Assembly: GCA_946965045.2 (NCBI GenBank)
Contig: OX337228.1
Coordinates: 2,294,001 to 2,358,000, forward strand
Direction of reading: 5' to 3'
Length of the DNA stretch: 64,000 bases
From: Epithemia pelagica
Taxonomy: Eukaryota; Protista; Bacillariophyta
Shown: positions 54,753-64,000 of the stretch, one piece after another
How positions within the stretch are numbered: position 1 is the first letter of the stretch
Layout: each line of letters starts with the position of its first letter
Translations under genes and position numbers: made by a program
The notes under the pieces: generated by a model
Told to the model about the DNA's origin: nothing
Database searches by the model: none
The model's input: the letters and a program-made list of their open reading frames with translations, nothing else

Positions 54753-57700
54753 ATGCCTGGATCGCAATCGAAGGATGACGGTGCTCCGGTGGGAAATTCA
54801 GGAGAGCAGTCCAACAGCCGAAAACCGACAGCGGCAGACTCGACAACAAGTTCGACCAACGGCCCACCACCGGTGGGCTCTTTGGGCAATTTACGAGCAC
54901 CAACCGAATTGGGTCAGTATGAGAGAAAGGAAAGCACTACAAGTTGGACATCTCCGGCCTTGCGCCATGTGAAGGCTCATCCTGGAATCGTTCGTACGCG
55001 ACGAAGAGCTCTCATGGCCGTTCAGCGGATCAGTACACCCGCTGCCATTCAGGAAGAACGAGAAATTTATCAATACATGTCGTCGGGGACAAGCAATGAG
55101 GGTGGAGGTAAAATGAATAGCAGTAGTACGGATCCTACGAAAACTGAAGACGGTTGGAACAAGTCGAGAATGACGTATTGTACCTCGTTTGCCTATCGAG
55201 GAATGGAAATTTTGGTTGGGACGGCTCATCAAAAATGTTTTCTGTTGTGTCCTCGAACCAAACTGGTCTTGCAAACGCTGGATCCACCACCTCCTTCTAC
55301 GTTGTCTTCACCGACGCAACAACACCCAAGCCCCATTATTTCTCTTCGAACTCATGAGGCCACCGGTCAGATTGTCCTGGTGACAGCGGATGGAACCCTT
55401 GTTTCCTATGCGCCGAAACCCAGCGATCCTCTTCAAGTCAATTTTGGACGCTTCCATTGGTACACGGGTCCGACCGTGAATTGTGCCCGTATTTTTTACA
55501 ACGACAGTCAATCGAGGGCTCGTTTTACCCCCGCACGAAGTAAACACGGTTTGGAAGTGTCAGTGGCCAATGATTTTAAAATTCTCTTGGTGCATCGAGA
55601 TCAATTGGCCGTCTTGGATGCCAAGCCTGAATTGCGAGAAGCGGAAATGCTCTGGACTACCTGTTTGCCTTCGCCCATTGTCACGGCACAGTTGTCGGGG
55701 GATGCCCAATCCATTGCGGTGGTTCTCAAATCCAATACACTAGATATAGACGCGGCCGATGCCGATGGCGTCCACACGCTGGAACGAGACTGGGAAGATG
55801 GCGGTAGTAGCGGTCGTGACAAAAGCAACAATGTGTCGGCACATTCGTCAACGTCGTCGTCCGTGAACGCCTCCAACTCTCTTCATCGCAGTAGTACGGA
55901 GGAGACCAAGGATAGAGAAACGGATCCCTCGGCGTCGGTTGGTGTCATCTACAAACCTGGTCCATTTTTGGTCCATTCGGCTCCTGTAGTTCGGTTGGCC
56001 TTTCGAGGTAAAGGCCGGGAGACCAGCAACCCACCGCCATCAGATGGACCCAATGAAGTCGACGAAATCCCGGGTAATGATTTACTCTTGACTGTTTCCA
56101 AAGACAACACCGCACAAATCTTTGGCCAATCCAACTGGAAACCTTTGACCGAGTGGACCATGACTCCCAAAACTCGGGTTGACTGGATCACTGGAACGGC
56201 TGCCATGACATTGGGTGATTTGGAAGGAAGATCTATATCATCCCAGCGGAAAAGAGGTTCGACAAGTGCGAGTAGTAGTCGTCGTCCCAGTTCCAACGAT
56301 TTGGTGGGTGAAACAAACGAGGTACCAGATACGACCAATCGTCATTCGCATTTTGCAACCATACCGACTCATACAACGCCCGTATCGAAAGCAGGCGCAT
56401 GGATTTGCGAGATCAATTGCCAAGGACAGTATCCGTCTATGCGTCTGAGTCGGCTGACCTATTTGAAACGAGGTGCCGATGATCTCAGTCCCACCCTGTT
56501 TGAAAGTTTCACGGGGCACCTACCTGCCAACGCAATCTACGAAGACCTCTTGTTGGGAAAAGAAGAGGATCCATCCACGTTGTCAGTGGAAGGACTATGG
56601 CCTATTTGGAACCCGTTTGTTGCAGATCCCACGCCAGCATCTGACAATGCGCCTAGTCATGAAACTCTTCGTGGATCAGCAATGGCCTTTTTGGGACTGT
56701 CTTCTGCCCATCATGCAGTAGGTCCAGGTGGAACATTCTTTGGAGATCCCCAGTTGATAGGGACACAATGTCCACCTACAGAGTTACGATTGACCATGTC
56801 ACATCCTGTCTCTGGAAGTTTGACAGTGATTGAAGTGCCCTTGTATGGAGACAAGTCTTTGACAAGCTTGGAACTCGGACGTCCGATGCACTCTGTCTGG
56901 GCGTTGAATGAAATACATACGCCTGAGGGCACTGCAACAAGCAGCCATGACATTTTGGATATGGAATCCACCAAACATGGAGACGGACGACTGGTTGCGA
57001 AATTACACCCGAACAATGTCATCCGCGTTACCTGGAGACAGCCAGGCACTGGAACAATGCTACCATCGGCCTGGCATCCTAAGGACATTGCCATGCCCAA
57101 TGTGGCCGATCTTCTTTCCAACACAAAGCGAATGAATGATGAAAGTTTGATGCCTCCTCCATTGGCCCTTCGGCCATTCAAGCTACCACAAGAGTTTGAA
57201 GACGCAAATGACCCGTTTGTCATGTTAATATGGTGGCCTGATTCTGGAAATGTCGGCTCTCCTCCCACGCTTTTGGCACTCACAAAAAGTGGGTGTGCAG
57301 TTGCCTTTGAGGTTGTTACTCCGCTTGTGTCGACGGTTGCAGGATCCGATCCGAGTTCGGCATCGCAGTCATCTAAAGATACCTCGGCAAGCACGTCGTC
57401 GACGAGTGATACTGTGTACGAGCAAGGTTTCTCCGAATACGAAGTTTACATTGTACCAGATCCAGACCTCGGGCTGGGCTTGCGACTGGAGTCGTTGGAT
57501 GATGGACAACCAGCTATTGCAGGCTCGTTCAAGAAGAACCCCAAAACTGGTGGAATCCTTCCGGCTGAAAAGACCGGAATGATCACGCTAGGAGATGAGC
57601 TTTTAACTGCGAACGGAGTTCTTCTAGAGGACAAGCCATTTGATGAGATTATTGGGTGTGTCCGTGAGCTTGGGGCCAGTAGTGGCCCAGACAATCCAAT

Positions 57701-60700
57701 GAGACTTCGTTTCCGTCGGAAAGGCCCCTCACTCAGGTCCCGCTCTAATAGTGGCACTTCAGACGGCTCGAACCGTCGAACGGTGGAGCAAATGTTTCGT
57801 CTTAGCAGTCAGGAACTTGCGCAGCGGAGACCTTTCCAGAATGGATCAGTCCAGAGAAGTTCCGGAGCATCCAGGACTTCGACACGAAATGCGGGAGGTT
57901 GCTCAATCGTGTGCTCTTTTCGTCGACCAATACCTGGTGCGGCGCAAGTTATGAACTCAGGTGATTTTCGCCGAAACATATTACTACTTGAAGCATCAAC
58001 TGGTGGCACCGATGACGATGATTGCTTGGTGGCTCTTATGTGTTGCGCCGATGGACGGCACGTTGTTTTTTCAGTTTTATCACTTCAAGGGACTGATCAG
58101 TACAATTCTTCTTCATCAAAATCGCGTCATCTTCACACTTTTACCAGTGAAGACGATATTGATTCGATCAATTTTGTGGACAGGCAGCTTTCGTGTTATT
58201 TCATCCTGGTTCTAGAAAGAAGCGCCCGGGTTCGGTTACTGGTGGCAAATCTGGACTTCGTCTCAACGAATCATTCTATACGTTCGTTCGATCTTTCCCA
58301 ACTTTGCAGCAAGACTCCGTCAGACCTTGTTCTGAAAGCTCATTCCGTGGAGCTCATCGCCACGTTCGAAAAAGACTCTTCCAATCCTGAACCACTAAAG
58401 ATTTGGTCGTCCAAACTGAATCCAGGATGTGATCTAGGCGGACTTGAAAGCTCTGAAGCTGGAGAAGGAGGACACAATTTCAATTATGTTCATTCGGTCA
58501 TCAGAATCGATGTGGAACCACAGTCCAATGGGACGTCAGAAAGTAATGTTGTCGATTTTCGTTTCGTAAGTTCCGGATACTTGAATCCATTTCCCTGGTT
58601 CCTAGTGTACGGCCTTCACGGAACGACGCTTCATCATCGTCCCGGTGGGTCAGATGAATGGATTCCCTTAGCCGTGATTAACTACACCTCGGTGCCCGGC
58701 TCTCTGTCACTGAATATTGATCATGGTCAAAGTCCAACCCTTTTTGGCAGGCATGTGCACCTGATGGACGCATACCCCCATCTGGATGCTGCATTCCGGT
58801 CCGCGTTACCATCATCGGAAGGAGACTCATTCTTACGTTCAGACTGGCACCCTGAATCCCTGCTCGCGAGCGTATGTTTGAATGGGGAAGGGGCCGACGC
58901 CGCCGTAACTAGCAAGCTCCCAGGTTTTTTTACGTGGTTATCAACCGAAATCGCAAGCATTGAAGATCATCACGTCGATTCTCCTATTCTGTGTGCTCCA
59001 CTGCTGGCTTTGGAGGAGAACAGAAAGGGCCCTGTACAAAATCATTCATCACAGGATATCATGCAAGCCATCAAGACGAAGGATGATGAGCCGGAAGAGA
59101 TCGTGAGAATGAAGGAGTTACAGACACTCCTGATGGAAGCGGCGAAAGACTCCACGCGACAGTTATATATTGAATCTCAGTCGAAAAAGCAAAACCAATC
59201 TACACAGAGTGCGTTGCCACCGATGCTTCGAGCAAGTAGCTCTGACGATCTTTCGTTGTTGTGGGCGATTGGAGAGCTTGTCGTTAGCCCACCTGACTTA
59301 AAATATCTCGATCACTCTGGCCAACTCTTTCTGTTCTCTTCATGTTTGTTCAATATTTTGAAAACACTTGATGAATCCAAGAAAGATACGAAACCGGCAA
59401 AGTTTGTCGCCCCTACGGTGCTTCGAAAGGAAGCATCTAGTCGCACAAAGATATCAGATAGTCCAGAAACGGACACACAAGTCTCATCAGGTGCTTGTCT
59501 TGCTGCTCTGATGAGTAACTCTCAGGAAAGGCTTGTCGAATGGGCGAGAAAGACATACGTGAAGATGGATTGGCACCAACTACGCAGTATTCGAATGCCC
59601 TTCTGGCTGCGGTCAGACAAGAGCCTTGCGCGTATTAGTGAGGAAATAGGACAAAGTATCTTTCGTGAAAAGCGAGATGTCATGGAATGTGCATTGTTCT
59701 TTATCATTGCACGGAAGTTAAAAACACTTCGAAATCTTGCTGCTACTGATCGTTCAGATAGCGGCCAAAAGTTTTTCAACTTTCTCACTAGCCATGATTT
59801 CTCCAGCGATCGAGGACGACGTGCAGCCGAGAAGAATGCATTCAGTCTCCTTAGAAAATGCCGCTACCGGGTGGCTTCAGCATTTTTCTTGCTCGCTGAA
59901 CCTCCTGCACTTCAATCGTCGTTGGAAACGATATTAACCAAGCTGCATGATTTTGATCTTGCATTCATGGTTGCGAGACTAATGGAAAGTAAGGAATTGG
60001 ACTCTACTAATGGTCTGCGTCTTGGTTTTAGCGGGAGTGGATTTGGCGGCGGAGGTGGCTACGCTGGGGCGGGGACTGAGGGGCCAACTTCCGCAAGCCC
60101 AGACTCAGTCAAGTACGATCAATGGTCTCCAACACTTGGAACGGGAACCCGAAAGCTGCTCGTGGAGAGGCTATTCAAGTTGTCATCAAATGACAATGCC
60201 TTGAGCGCCCTCCAATTACTATGGCTTAAGAAACCAGAAGAAGCTTCTTGGTGGCTGCCAGGCTTCATTATTTCCTCACATGCTTCAGGAACTGGGTTCA
60301 GAGTGGTGGATGATTTAAATTCGAGACTGTCGGAGAAGCTGAAAGAACGCGATGACCTTCTGAAAACTGGAGCTATTGCAAAGGCAAATGCTATCATCGA
60401 CTTTGTTTCAATTCCGTTCCTTCAGCGAATAATGAATGTCAGTTTGAGATCAAGATACGCTGGTTGTCTTCTGGTATGTGATCAGTTGATTTCTCGAGGC
60501 GTTGAAGTGCCTTCTTTGTGGAAAGTGATGGTAGATCTTAAGGAGTCTGGAGACAAGCCATCAAATGAGAAAGAAACAAGTCCAGGCCTCCAGAAACCGA
60601 CAGACCATGTGTCGTCGTCGATCTTTGATGGCTTCGATGTTCCGCAAGTTGCAGTTACCAAACCACCTAAACTTGATGTTCAATCTTCTGTATTTGACGA

Positions 60701-63700
60701 CTTCGACGTGGCACCAAAGCAAGCAGAAGTAAAGTCGTCTATTTTCGATGGTTTCGACGTTCCAAGACCCGCGCCCAGAACCGCTCCTCAAGCTGAAATG
60801 CAATCCTCTATATTTGACGGTTTCGACGTCCCAAAACGCGTGCCACAAGCCTTCACTGGCGAAATGCAATCTTCTATCTTTGACGACTTCGCTGTTCCGA
60901 ATGCTCCCAGTGCATCATCAAAATCGATGTCGAGTTTGGCATCTCCACATATGAATGGTGAAATCAATAGAGAATCTGATGATACGCCGCCAGCATGTGA
61001 TATCGACATCTCAATCCCGGCGAACCCAACCCCTGAAATATGGAACTTGTGGAAAGACCGTGTTGTCCTTCTCAGTATTACAAGACGTCTGATCCGAGAG
61101 GTAGCAAGCATTGTATCAAGTTTCCATGGAGACCCTCTTCAGGTCTCGATTGAAGATTTTTATCTTCAAAATCGCACCTTCCTCCCCGCGACGGCATCTG
61201 AAGTCTTGCAGATACCATGTGATAGTCATAGAATTCTGCACCGTACCAAGGAATCGCTGATGCACCTTACATCTGTATCTGGAGTGAACAAGACAACCCT
61301 CGTTAGCTCTGCAGTCAACCTTCTCGGCGTTCAAAGCAATCACTACAGAACGCTTTTGTCCGTGGTGCTGTATTCGGTAATTGATAGATTTGATCTTGCT
61401 GAGTCCATGATAATGTCCGCAGCGGGCTCACTTGTCCGTCAAAGTGGAGCTTTTGCTCTGGCCTTTGATGATAGCTGTCAACGGAGACAAACCAGATTTC
61501 AAGCATCCTCGATTCAAGCCCGTCGACTTTCGGCCCGAGTGAGCTGGCAGCTAGAAATGTGCCTTTGGTTGAATAGGAGTGGTTTAATTCCCTTGTCGGG
61601 ATTGGCCTTCAAGGAAGCAACTGTGTCCGTGAGATTGGGTGTCTTAAGCGCCTCGTGGAATCGATCACCGGAAGCAATTGAGGCGCTTCTACGTTGTGAG
61701 CCAGATGCAATTATTGATGAGGACGAAGGCATGCATCTCTGGAGCTGTCTGAAACACATAGGTGAGACCTCGTTTGACAAGTCAAAGAAGGCTAGCAGTG
61801 GGGGTTGGGAGTTTTTTGTCGATTGTAGAAGGTCAGAGGCCACGAAAATTCTTCGAGAGAGTCCGACTGGTAGCTTCATCATTCGACCACACCCGAACGA
61901 CCATGGTGTTTTTACGTTAAGTTTCAAGACCAATTTGGTGCCTGGCGACGAATCTGGAATACTTGATGTTGACACACAAGATCGCTCCCTTGAAGGTGCA
62001 GATGGTGATGCGCAAGGGCGTCCTCCACGACAAAGCTCGAAATCTGTGAAGAAAGATGATATTGTTCAACATGCAATAATACGTCTGTCGGATTCTGGTT
62101 TCCGTTGTGGATCTTTTGGTCCATTTACAAGCCTGTTGGATCTTCTCGAATCTGTTTCCGAGTCATTGCCATTTGAACTTCGATTTGATCTGCCTCCTAT
62201 GAACCGTGCCATCCGTGAGGAGGGATCCCAGCCATCCCCGAATGCTCTTCTTTTCCGAAGACTTACTCTTAGCCAGACGGATAGTATGGATCCTGTTCGT
62301 CGAGACAATGACAATGAAGGCAATGCCGGTATTTCAAATGACAGGGTTACCCATGAGATGGAACCCTCAGAACGTAATCGATGCTTTGGATCTTTCTTAG
62401 ATCTTCTCCTCCTTTCAAAAATACGGAGACAGCTGACAGGGGTTGCCATCGTTGGCTACAATGACAATGCAGCCGATGCCGAAAACCGATCAGATCGAAC
62501 TCGGAACGACCAATCTCACTATTCCACCACTCAGGTAGCTTCATGGATTGTTGGACCTCTTCTCGGCTGGTGTCGGTCGTTGGAAGTGAGAGCAGTGTAT
62601 GAGCTCGCTCCGAGTGTGGCTTCCTTGTGGAAAATGCTGGGAGAGAAATCGAAAGCCATGATGGACGTATTAGAGCAGTCGATTGAGATCACTCTTGGTC
62701 CACATGCTGGAAACTCGTCAGATAGCGGAGACTACATCCTGCGCTCTATGATACAGCGGAACTCAGGCGTAGATTTCAGCACTTTGAGACTTGTTGATGG
62801 AGGAGATTGTTCCATGGTTGTCCTCTTCAGTAAGAACGAAGCAATTCAATGGCTGGTGTCTAGCGGTACCGAATTATCTGAAGCAGATGCTTCACATCGC
62901 CTTGCCAGAATGGAAAGAGAGCGAGTCATAGAACCCATCGATTTTTCACGACTGCCTTTGAAACAACGCCCTGCTGACTTGGATGAAGGTGTCCGATACC
63001 GCTTTGTTGACCCATGGGAAGTCGAAGCTGTGAACTCCCGTGAGGGCGAGACGTCGAGTGCATCCTTGGGTCGACAACATTTCTTGGGATTCAGCTTAGG
63101 AAGAATAGCTTTGGCCTGTGAGTCTGATTTCAGGATGCTTGGCGGTATTCCGCTTCTAGAGTTATGGATGAGTACCAGCGGAGGAGTCGTCCTTTCCAGA
63201 GCTCTCGCGGCGGTGCATCCTCCCTGGGAACGATCCTCTGGAGGTGATCTGCAGGTTCGAGGTGGTGTTTTGGCTGAACCGGAGCCATTCGCAAACAGTA
63301 TTCGTCAGCATTTATACAGAAACGCTTTGTTTCAACGTCTTGAGTTACCTCAACGCTTTCTGGCGTTGGTACAGGTGGAACTCTTGGATTTGAAAAATCT
63401 TACCTCACCAGGGGGTGCATTGGCGATGTCAGTGTATTCTTTGCTTCGTCTGAAACGAAGAGGCTCAAGCGGCGTTCTTTCTAACAAAACTAGAACTCTG
63501 GACACAGCATCTACGAGTCCCGTTCGTCTTGGAAAGCCAACCGGAGTTGGTCCGAACGCCCCGGCATCTTGGGGAAGCGTCGTCCGGTTCAGATATCCTT
63601 TGCCTGATGAAACTTCTGTTGATGGCACTAGTTTCGATTCTGATCGGGAGGCCCTCTTCAAAGGTCCTCCGTCTGTTTTACAGATAACTGTGTACGAAAA

Positions 63701-64000
63701 GAAGCTTCTTGTCGATCATGCGCTTGGCACAGCTGATGTCGACATGGATGGTCTCTTCGCTGGGGGCCAAGTAGAAGAGTGGGTACCGCTGAGATCGGAA
63801 AAACATGGAATACATTGGTTTACTCGAATCAGGTTAACGCTTCGATTTGAACTCATGTGCCTAGCATCCCGGGAATTGAAGGACTTGTCGTCCACTGCCC
63901 CTAGTGTGGGACTCCAGCGAATTGAAAACCTCTGCCAAGCGGGTGGTACTGCTGCACATGAAGACCAAAGACGCAGCATGAGTTCTCCTGACCTACTGCA
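54753..64000 (+). CDS. Giant DMXL/Rav1 (rabconnectin-3alpha/RAVE)-like protein with PDZ, Rav1p_C, SH2, DEP and C2 modules; 3' end outside window
   Basis: ATG at 54753. No ORF in this frame is listed in the track, consistent with an open frame to the window edge, and spot translations were stop-free. PDZ GLGLRLE..GDELLTANGV (~57430-57720); Rav1p_C MPFWLR..AAEKNAFSLLRKCRYRVASAFFLLA (~59560-59900); SH2 (~61800-62190); DEP-like (~62740-63015); C2 (~63350-63850). Confidence 0.85.
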   Translation, partial: MPGSQSKDDGAPVGNSGEQSNSRKPTAADSTTSSTNGPPPVGSLGNLRAPTELGQYERKESTTSWTSPALRHVKAHPGIVRTRRRALMAVQRISTPAAIQEEREIYQYMSSGTSNEGGGKMNSSSTDPTKTEDGWNKSRMTYCTSFAYRGMEILVGTAHQKCFLLCPRTKLVLQTLDPPPPSTLSSPTQQHPSPIISLRTHEATGQIVLVTADGTLVSYAPKPSDPLQVNFGRFHWYTGPTVNCARIFYNDSQSRARFTPARSKHGLEVSVANDFKILLVHRDQLAVLDAKPELREAEMLWTTCLPSPIVTAQLSGDAQSIAVVLKSNTLDIDAADADGVHTLERDWEDGGSSGRDKSNNVSAHSSTSSSVNASNSLHRSSTEETKDRETDPSASVGVIYKPGPFLVHSAPVVRLAFRGKGRETSNPPPSDGPNEVDEIPGNDLLLTVSKDNTAQIFGQSNWKPLTEWTMTPKTRVDWITGTAAMTLGDLEGRSISSQRKRGSTSASSSRRPSSNDLVGETNEVPDTTNRHSHFATIPTHTTPVSKAGAWICEINCQGQYPSMRLSRLTYLKRGADDLSPTLFESFTGHLPANAIYEDLLLGKEEDPSTLSVEGLWPIWNPFVADPTPASDNAPSHETLRGSAMAFLGLSSAHHAVGPGGTFFGDPQLIGTQCPPTELRLTMSHPVSGSLTVIEVPLYGDKSLTSLELGRPMHSVWALNEIHTPEGTATSSHDILDMESTKHGDGRLVAKLHPNNVIRVTWRQPGTGTMLPSAWHPKDIAMPNVADLLSNTKRMNDESLMPPPLALRPFKLPQEFEDANDPFVMLIWWPDSGNVGSPPTLLALTKSGCAVAFEVVTPLVSTVAGSDPSSASQSSKDTSASTSSTSDTVYEQGFSEYEVYIVPDPDLGLGLRLESLDDGQPAIAGSFKKNPKTGGILPAEKTGMITLGDELLTANGVLLEDKPFDEIIGCVRELGASSGPDNPMRLRFRRKGPSLRSRSNSGTSDGSNRRTVEQMFRLSSQELAQRRPFQNGSVQRSSGASRTSTRNAGGCSIVCSFRRPIPGAAQVMNSGDFRRNILLLEASTGGTDDDDCLVALMCCADGRHVVFSVLSLQGTDQYNSSSSKSRHLHTFTSEDDIDSINFVDRQLSCYFILVLERSARVRLLVANLDFVSTNHSIRSFDLSQLCSKTPSDLVLKAHSVELIATFEKDSSNPEPLKIWSSKLNPGCDLGGLESSEAGEGGHNFNYVHSVIRIDVEPQSNGTSESNVVDFRFVSSGYLNPFPWFLVYGLHGTTLHHRPGGSDEWIPLAVINYTSVPGSLSLNIDHGQSPTLFGRHVHLMDAYPHLDAAFRSALPSSEGDSFLRSDWHPESLLASVCLNGEGADAAVTSKLPGFFTWLSTEIASIEDHHVDSPILCAPLLALEENRKGPVQNHSSQDIMQAIKTKDDEPEEIVRMKELQTLLMEAAKDSTRQLYIESQSKKQNQSTQSALPPMLRASSSDDLSLLWAIGELVVSPPDLKYLDHSGQLFLFSSCLFNILKTLDESKKDTKPAKFVAPTVLRKEASSRTKISDSPETDTQVSSGACLAALMSNSQERLVEWARKTYVKMDWHQLRSIRMPFWLRSDKSLARISEEIGQSIFREKRDVMECALFFIIARKLKTLRNLAATDRSDSGQKFFNFLTSHDFSSDRGRRAAEKNAFSLLRKCRYRVASAFFLLAEPPALQSSLETILTKLHDFDLAFMVARLMESKELDSTNGLRLGFSGSGFGGGGGYAGAGTEGPTSASPDSVKYDQWSPTLGTGTRKLLVERLFKLSSNDNALSALQLLWLKKPEEASWWLPGFIISSHASGTGFRVVDDLNSRLSEKLKERDDLLKTGAIAKANAIIDFVSIPFLQRIMNVSLRSRYAGCLLVCDQLISRGVEVPSLWKVMVDLKESGDKPSNEKETSPGLQKPTDHVSSSIFDGFDVPQVAVTKPPKLDVQSSVFDDFDVAPKQAEVKSSIFDGFDVPRPAPRTAPQAEMQSSIFDGFDVPKRVPQAFTGEMQSSIFDDFAVPNAPSASSKSMSSLASPHMNGEINRESDDTPPACDIDISIPANPTPEIWNLWKDRVVLLSITRRLIREVASIVSSFHGDPLQVSIEDFYLQNRTFLPATASEVLQIPCDSHRILHRTKESLMHLTSVSGVNKTTLVSSAVNLLGVQSNHYRTLLSVVLYSVIDRFDLAESMIMSAAGSLVRQSGAFALAFDDSCQRRQTRFQASSIQARRLSARVSWQLEMCLWLNRSGLIPLSGLAFKEATVSVRLGVLSASWNRSPEAIEALLRCEPDAIIDEDEGMHLWSCLKHIGETSFDKSKKASSGGWEFFVDCRRSEATKILRESPTGSFIIRPHPNDHGVFTLSFKTNLVPGDESGILDVDTQDRSLEGADGDAQGRPPRQSSKSVKKDDIVQHAIIRLSDSGFRCGSFGPFTSLLDLLESVSESLPFELRFDLPPMNRAIREEGSQPSPNALLFRRLTLSQTDSMDPVRRDNDNEGNAGISNDRVTHEMEPSERNRCFGSFLDLLLLSKIRRQLTGVAIVGYNDNAADAENRSDRTRNDQSHYSTTQVASWIVGPLLGWCRSLEVRAVYELAPSVASLWKMLGEKSKAMMDVLEQSIEITLGPHAGNSSDSGDYILRSMIQRNSGVDFSTLRLVDGGDCSMVVLFSKNEAIQWLVSSGTELSEADASHRLARMERERVIEPIDFSRLPLKQRPADLDEGVRYRFVDPWEVEAVNSREGETSSASLGRQHFLGFSLGRIALACESDFRMLGGIPLLELWMSTSGGVVLSRALAAVHPPWERSSGGDLQVRGGVLAEPEPFANSIRQHLYRNALFQRLELPQRFLALVQVELLDLKNLTSPGGALAMSVYSLLRLKRRGSSGVLSNKTRTLDTASTSPVRLGKPTGVGPNAPASWGSVVRFRYPLPDETSVDGTSFDSDREALFKGPPSVLQITVYEKKLLVDHALGTADVDMDGLFAGGQVEEWVPLRSEKHGIHWFTRIRLTLRFELMCLASRELKDLSSTAPSVGLQRIENLCQAGGTAAHEDQRRSMSSPDLL
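60612..60899 (+). repeat. Five-copy peptide motif SS[IV]FD[GD]F[DA]V[PA] within the giant ORF
   Basis: Translated copies: SSIFDGFDVP, SSVFDDFDVA, SSIFDGFDVP, SSIFDGFDVP, SSIFDDFAVP, with 9-14-aa spacers. Confidence 0.9.

Noticed and set aside
54742-63979. Short ORFs listed in the track across 54.7-64 kb as separate genes
   Set aside because: All lie in alternative frames or antisense to the single open frame starting at 54753.

Overview
Gene-dense eukaryotic genomic DNA. It is most likely from a pennate diatom: short GT-AG introns, bipartite signal+plastid presequences, a PSTALRE CDK, DUF6824 and signal-peptide SET-domain genes. About 25 protein genes are supported: HECT ligase 3' end, MSP1/ATAD1, two secreted double-SET paralogues, thioredoxin, organellar IF2, GST-fused AsnRS, MetAP, PMR1/SPCA Ca-ATPase, two tandem secreted wall-like proteins, BUD13, CDKA2, GPI, and an AP2+DUF6824 factor. 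A >3,080-codon ORF runs off the right edge and is missing from the ORF track. It encodes a DMXL/Rav1-like protein carrying PDZ, Rav1p_C, an SSIFDGFDVP motif array, SH2, DEP and C2 modules. At 6.4-13.6 kb there is a roughly 7.2-kb CRE-type (RLE) non-LTR retrotransposon on the minus strand. It has three consecutive ORFs joined by coupled stop/start codons, and its RT ORF is broken by a 44-bp tandem duplication and a 1-bp deletion. A ~610-bp TIR element (MITE-like) lies next to it. An octamer, TAGGAGTA, recurs almost exclusively in intergenic islands. No rRNA, tRNA or CRISPR was seen. All domain calls come from motif recognition by eye; no searches were run.
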